Assembly: GCA_937973945.1 (NCBI GenBank)
Contig: CALJIY010000073.1
Coordinates: 1 to 48,945, forward strand
Length of the DNA: 48,945 nt
Direction of reading: 5' to 3'
Origin: an uncultured Saprospiraceae bacterium
Lineage (GTDB): Bacteria > Bacteroidota > Bacteroidia > Chitinophagales > Saprospiraceae
Within the stretch, counting starts at the first letter, position 1. The number at the start of each line of letters is the position of its first letter. Position numbers and translations under genes: made by a program. The notes under the pieces are model-generated. The model ran no database searches. It was not told the origin of the DNA and saw nothing but the letters and a program-made list of their open reading frames with translations. Positions 44,774 through 48,945 of the stretch are shown here, piece after piece.

Positions 44774-46606
44774 ATGCGCCAACGCTTTTCTGTTCTTGCT
44801 TTTTTTCTGTGCTGCACCATGATTATTGGGACTGCATTATGGTATCCTAAATGGGAACAGCCACAAACAGAAGCGACGCTGAGTTGGGATGTTATGGGGT
44901 ATTACTTATACCTACCCGCAGCGATTATATACAAAGACTTAAAAAAGCTTTCCTTTAAAGACGATATTATTGAAAAGTATCGCCCTAGTGGGGAATTCTA
45001 CCAAGCTTATTTGCAAGAGAATGGGAATTATGTGATGAAATATCCCATCGGTTTAGCCATTCTATATATTCCTTTCTTTCTATTAGCTCACTTGTTCGCC
45101 TTAGGTAGTACCTATCCTGTAGATGGTTTTTCTTTGCCCTATCAAATTGGGATAAGCTGGGGGAGTATTTGTATCGCCGCATTAGGACTTTGGATGATGC
45201 GTAAAATCTTACTTTTATATTTTTCAGAGTTAATAGTAGGGATCACCTTAATTCTAGTAGTTTTTGCCACTAATTACTTGAATTATACAGCCATTGACGG
45301 GAGTATGTCTCATAACTGGGTATTTACACTACTTGCCTGTTTGATTTGGCAAACTATTAAATGGTATCAAGAACCAACTTTTGCAAGAAGCGCCACCATA
45401 GCTGCTTGCATCGGATTAGCCGCATTGAGTCGACCGACCGATATTTTGATCTGCTTAGTTCCCTTATTCTGGGGGCTTACTTCTATCGAAGCATTTAAGG
45501 AACGCCTTGTCTTTTGGAAAAAACATATTACCCAGTTATTCTTTATGGTTACTGTTGTTGCAGTTATTGGAAGCATTCAACTGTTGTATTGGAAATATGC
45601 TTCCGGAAATTGGCTAGTCTATAGCTACCAAGATCAAGGATTTAGTTGGCTATGGCCACATATAAAAGACGTACTGATAAGCTATAGAAAAGGATGGTTA
45701 GTCTATTCCCCCATCATGATCTTATCGTTAATTGGCTTTTTTCCATTATACAAACACTATCGTTTTTTATTTTGGGGCGTGGCTATTTATTTTGGCTTGC
45801 ATTTTTATCTAACCGCTGCCTGGGACATTTGGTGGTATGGTGGTTCTTTTGGACAACGGGCTTTGATACAAGCTTATCCCGTTTTGTTATTTCCTATTGC
45901 AGCATTATTAAGCACTTTTACTAATAAGCAAACACTAAAGGAGAAAGCTTATCTCAGTCCGACGGTAAAGAAGGTAGGTTTATCTATATTCGCTATTTTT
46001 TGTATCTGGCTCAACTGCATGCAAACCTATCAAGCACATGGACATGGCTTCGAAGTGGATGCTATGACCAAAGCCTACTATTGGCGAATTTTTGGCAAGG
46101 CAAATCCAACAGACCTAGATAAAAAATTATTAGATACCAAGGAAGATTATCAAGGACAGCGACGTAATATTAATCCTATTTATACCAATAGTTTTGAAAA
46201 CTATACAGATACCATCGCTTACTCAAAAGAACAAGCCCACTCTGGAAACCAATCTTTATTAATAAATGGGAAGAATGAATTTACACCTGTAATAAACATC
46301 CCTTTGTCTCCACAAAAAAACAAATATCTACGGGTCAGTGCTCAATTTTACACGCCTCAAAAAGAATGGGATATTTGGAAAATGACCCAATTGATTGTCC
46401 AATTTAAAAACCAAGATCAAGTGCTCAAAAAAAGAATGATTCGGGTACAACGTCAAATAGGGGAACGCGCCTGGCAAAGCAACTGGACCGATATGAAAAT
46501 CCCTAGTAAAGGTTTTGATACCTTATCTATTGTATTTTGGAATGCTGGAAGTACTAAGACTTTGTATATTGATGATCTGACCGTGGAAATGTACGAACCA
46601 GACTAA
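44774..46606 (+). CDS. Polytopic membrane protein, GT-C fold glycosyltransferase-like (GT39/PMT_2-like) with C-terminal soluble domain
   Basis: About 11 predicted TM helices. The early loop motif SWDVMGYYLYLPAAIIY resembles Bacteroidota GT39-annotated proteins as I remember them. The C-terminal roughly 170 aa are hydrophilic. Confidence 0.5.
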   Translation: MRQRFSVLAFFLCCTMIIGTALWYPKWEQPQTEATLSWDVMGYYLYLPAAIIYKDLKKLSFKDDIIEKYRPSGEFYQAYLQENGNYVMKYPIGLAILYIPFFLLAHLFALGSTYPVDGFSLPYQIGISWGSICIAALGLWMMRKILLLYFSELIVGITLILVVFATNYLNYTAIDGSMSHNWVFTLLACLIWQTIKWYQEPTFARSATIAACIGLAALSRPTDILICLVPLFWGLTSIEAFKERLVFWKKHITQLFFMVTVVAVIGSIQLLYWKYASGNWLVYSYQDQGFSWLWPHIKDVLISYRKGWLVYSPIMILSLIGFFPLYKHYRFLFWGVAIYFGLHFYLTAAWDIWWYGGSFGQRALIQAYPVLLFPIAALLSTFTNKQTLKEKAYLSPTVKKVGLSIFAIFCIWLNCMQTYQAHGHGFEVDAMTKAYYWRIFGKANPTDLDKKLLDTKEDYQGQRRNINPIYTNSFENYTDTIAYSKEQAHSGNQSLLINGKNEFTPVINIPLSPQKNKYLRVSAQFYTPQKEWDIWKMTQLIVQFKNQDQVLKKRMIRVQRQIGERAWQSNWTDMKIPSKGFDTLSIVFWNAGSTKTLYIDDLTVEMYEPD

Positions 46607-46753
46607 CAACCACTCCGTAAGTTCCTTAATAAAGGCTTAAATATTGGCAAAGTTAGATGTAAAGACCTTATCTTATCGTTATAAAAGGTCCTTCTTTAAG
46701 CCTGTGACCACTATGTGGTCGAAATACAAAAAGGATAGACAGTTAAAAACATA

Positions 46754-46800
46754 ATTTGACCGCTCTGCGGTCATTTAGCAAGACCGCAGAGCGGTCAAAT
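46754..46800. promoter_or_regulatory. Perfect 19-bp inverted repeat with 9-nt loop upstream of the 46825 start
   Basis: ATTTGACCGCTCTGCGGTC-ATTTAGCAA-GACCGCAGAGCGGTCAAAT. There is no 3' U-tract. It lies 148 nt after the upstream stop and 25 nt before the ATG at 46825. Confidence 0.5.
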
Positions 46801-46824
46801 TACGTTAGAAAAAATAGTTACGAA

Positions 46825-48111
46825 ATGTATTATCGCATAATTACTAAATGGTTCTGTTGCTTTCTTTTATTCCAAATGGGGAGTTTAAGCCTAGCTGCAC
46901 AATGGGAAGACATTATCTATGACGATACGATTTATCAGGAAAATATACATTCCATCAAATTTCATTTACAAGGTTTTCCTTTAACACAGCCTATTTTAGA
47001 TTTAGACTCTAGAGCTACTTTAGAATTGAGTTTTGATGATTTAGGCTCCGAGCTTCGTAATTATTACTATACGATTTTTCATTGTAATTCTGACTGGACT
47101 CCTTCTACTTTGAACACTTTAGAGTTTCTAAAAGGCTTTGATGAAGAAGAGATTCGGGACCCTAATTTTTCCTTTAATACGTTGACCGAATACACTCATT
47201 TTCAACTACAGATTCCAAACAGGAATATGAGTTGGACAAAGTCAGGAAATTATATTCTTTTGGTATATGATGAAGATAAAAACCCAGTTTTAACGAGACG
47301 TTTTCTTGCAGTAGAACCATTAGTTCGTATTGATGTGGATATGACTAGGCCTGCTGCTATGCAAAAATTTAAAACCCATCAAGAACTAGATTTTAAAGTA
47401 TCTTTTGAACGACTAGAAGTTAAAGAACCAAAAACAGAAATCAAAGCAACTATTTTACAAAATGGTCGCTGGGATAATGCCATTAAAGATATACCACCGT
47501 ATTTTTTATATGACGGAGAAGTCGTTTTTGATTATCAAGACAAAATTAGTTTTCCAGCAGGGAAGGAATATAGATATATAGATTTAAGAAGTTTTGAATT
47601 TCGAGCAGAAGGCGTTGCTGCTATTGAAGAATACGAAGATGTATATGAAGTAACCTTACATCCCGATCCTGTAAGAAAGTACCAACCTTACTCCTTTGTC
47701 AGAGATATAAATGGAAACTTCACAATAGAAAATTTACATCGAAATATTGATGAATTAGAAAGTGATTATGCCATGACCCTGTTTTCTTTAAAAAAGAGTG
47801 TTCCTTATCAAGACGCAGAAGTTTATCTTTTTGGAAAAGTAACAGACTGGAGAATTCAGGAGCCCTACAAAATGACTTATAATGAAGAGTTGGGTGGCTA
47901 TCTATTAGACATTTTATTAAAGCAGGGCTTTTATAATTATAGTTTTGCTGTAGTAAAAGATAAGAGCTCAACTATTGATCTATCTCACACAGAAGGTGAT
48001 TGGTTTGAAACAGAAAATGATTATACTATATTAATTTACTACCGTACTTTTGGCGATCGTTATGATAGGTTAGTTGGAGCATATACGTTCAACTCTTCTT
48101 TACGGAAATAA
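46825..48111 (+). CDS. DUF5103-like protein (possible T9SS plug-type protein)
   Basis: Signal peptide from the ATG at 46825 (MYYRIITKWFCCFLLFQMGSLSLAAQ). The motif LSFDDLGSELRNYYYTIFHCNSDWTPS resembles DUF5103 proteins as I recall them. The track TTG start at 46756 lies inside the hairpin. Confidence 0.45.
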   Translation: MYYRIITKWFCCFLLFQMGSLSLAAQWEDIIYDDTIYQENIHSIKFHLQGFPLTQPILDLDSRATLELSFDDLGSELRNYYYTIFHCNSDWTPSTLNTLEFLKGFDEEEIRDPNFSFNTLTEYTHFQLQIPNRNMSWTKSGNYILLVYDEDKNPVLTRRFLAVEPLVRIDVDMTRPAAMQKFKTHQELDFKVSFERLEVKEPKTEIKATILQNGRWDNAIKDIPPYFLYDGEVVFDYQDKISFPAGKEYRYIDLRSFEFRAEGVAAIEEYEDVYEVTLHPDPVRKYQPYSFVRDINGNFTIENLHRNIDELESDYAMTLFSLKKSVPYQDAEVYLFGKVTDWRIQEPYKMTYNEELGGYLLDILLKQGFYNYSFAVVKDKSSTIDLSHTEGDWFETENDYTILIYYRTFGDRYDRLVGAYTFNSSLRK

Positions 48112-48123
48112 TACACTCCATTT

Positions 48124-48717
48124 ATGCCAGGCAACGCCCTAATAATCTTCATAAAAAACCCAGAACTAGGAAAAGTCAAAACCCGCTTAGCCAAAACAGT
48201 TGGTGATGAAAGAGCATTAGCCATCTATAAGGCCCTAATGGACCATACAAGAGATATAGCTTTGGCTGTTACTACAGATCGTTTATTGTTCTACAGTCAA
48301 GCAATACATCCCAACGATAATTGGTCAACTATAGATTTTAAAAAGCACCTACAAGCCACTGGAGATTTAGGAACCAAAATGAAGGCTGCATTTCAACAAG
48401 CCTTTCAAGATCATCAAAAAGTAGTGATTATTGGTAGTGATTGTGCTTCGCTCACGCCCGCTATTGTAAAGGTGGCCTTCCGTCAACTAGAAAAACATTC
48501 CTTTGTAATTGGACCAGCATTAGATGGTGGTTATTATTTATTGGGCATGAATCAATATGTTCCTAAGGTTTTCGATCATATAGCTTGGAGTACAGCCAGT
48601 GTTTTGGAAGACACCAAAGAGCGGATTAAAAAATCGGGTTTAGATTATGTGCTATTGCCAACTTTATCGGATATTGATTATGAGGAAGATTGGGATCAAT
48701 ATGGATGGGAAATATGA
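48124..48717 (+). CDS. DUF2064 / TIGR04282-type glycosyltransferase-like protein
   Basis: The N-terminus LIIFIKNPELGKVKTRLA, plus IGSDCASL and DGGYYLLG, are typical of this family. Confidence 0.7.
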   Translation: MPGNALIIFIKNPELGKVKTRLAKTVGDERALAIYKALMDHTRDIALAVTTDRLLFYSQAIHPNDNWSTIDFKKHLQATGDLGTKMKAAFQQAFQDHQKVVIIGSDCASLTPAIVKVAFRQLEKHSFVIGPALDGGYYLLGMNQYVPKVFDHIAWSTASVLEDTKERIKKSGLDYVLLPTLSDIDYEEDWDQYGWEI

Positions 48718-48750
48718 CCATTCTTTTTTTTCTTACAAAATAGAACGACT

Positions 48751-48945
48751 ATGAAATTCCGACAAGACTTGATCAAATTCAGCATCGGCTTATTTTTAGG
48801 TATGAGCTTATACGAAGTAATTATGGAAGGGAATATAGAAATGAAGGCGCTTATTGGAAATGCAATTGGCGCTGTAATTGGCGGTATTGTATATGCTTAT
48901 TGGATTAATCGGAGAACGAGGCATGAGATTTTTCGGAAGAAGTAG
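48751..48945 (+). CDS. Small membrane protein, hypothetical
   Basis: 64-aa ORF with two hydrophobic helices. Its stop is at the last base of the window. Confidence 0.35.
   Translation: MKFRQDLIKFSIGLFLGMSLYEVIMEGNIEMKALIGNAIGAVIGGIVYAYWINRRTRHEIFRKK

Noticed and set aside
44542-44820. 92-aa minus-strand ORF in the pcm / GT-C-like intergenic region
   Set aside because: It is read through family A copy A5 (residues ...RSVPLCS... are repeat-encoded) and overlaps the start of the plus-strand 44774 gene. It is most likely a repeat-generated artefact.
1-48945. Mobile element, prophage or genomic island boundaries
   Set aside because: No integrase, transposase, phage structural gene or tRNA attachment site was seen. 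I cannot compute composition statistics here, so no island call is made.

Overview
This is a low-GC chromosomal segment that looks like Bacteroidota. Three proteins carry type IX secretion (T9SS) C-terminal sorting domains, there is a mutY-ssb-gldE block, and some genes have TAnnTTTG-type -7 boxes upstream. I support about 40 protein genes, mostly housekeeping, envelope or secreted functions. They include a CaCA exchanger, a Nudix CoA pyrophosphatase, a class A PBP, glyA, a penicillin-acylase-family Ntn hydrolase and a VWA protein next to an alpha/beta hydrolase. Others are a 1133-aa ThuA/PQQ-dehydrogenase/PKD/cytochrome c fusion, tag, an AI-2E transporter, a creatininase-family protein and an AlkC/AlkD-like repair protein. 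The rest include a PL7-type lyase, di-haem cytochrome c peroxidase, an S8 peptidase, LolA-like and PagL-like proteins, DUF937, DUF5682, DUF4920, gldE, ssb, mutY, pcm, a GT-C-like membrane protein, a DUF5103/T9SS-plug-like protein and DUF2064. I saw no rRNA, tRNA, CRISPR array, transposase, integrase or phage gene. What the gene list does not explain is non-coding. At least four families of intergenic nested palindromes occur, each with arms built from tandem 6-8-nt units. One copy has been absorbed into the 3' end of a CDS. There is also a GC-richer, ORF-free, hairpin-dense block of about 290 nt (23376-23666) that may be a structured RNA. Protein-level oddities are a Pycsar-effector-like TM protein whose HD motif reads CY, an S8 peptidase with Glu at the catalytic Asp position, and DUF5682 and CoxE-type VWA genes without their usual ATPase partners. 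I did not find a compact multi-gene cassette that I can defend as a new system, so the candidates carry modest scores. All family assignments come from motifs read by eye and from memory; no searches were run.
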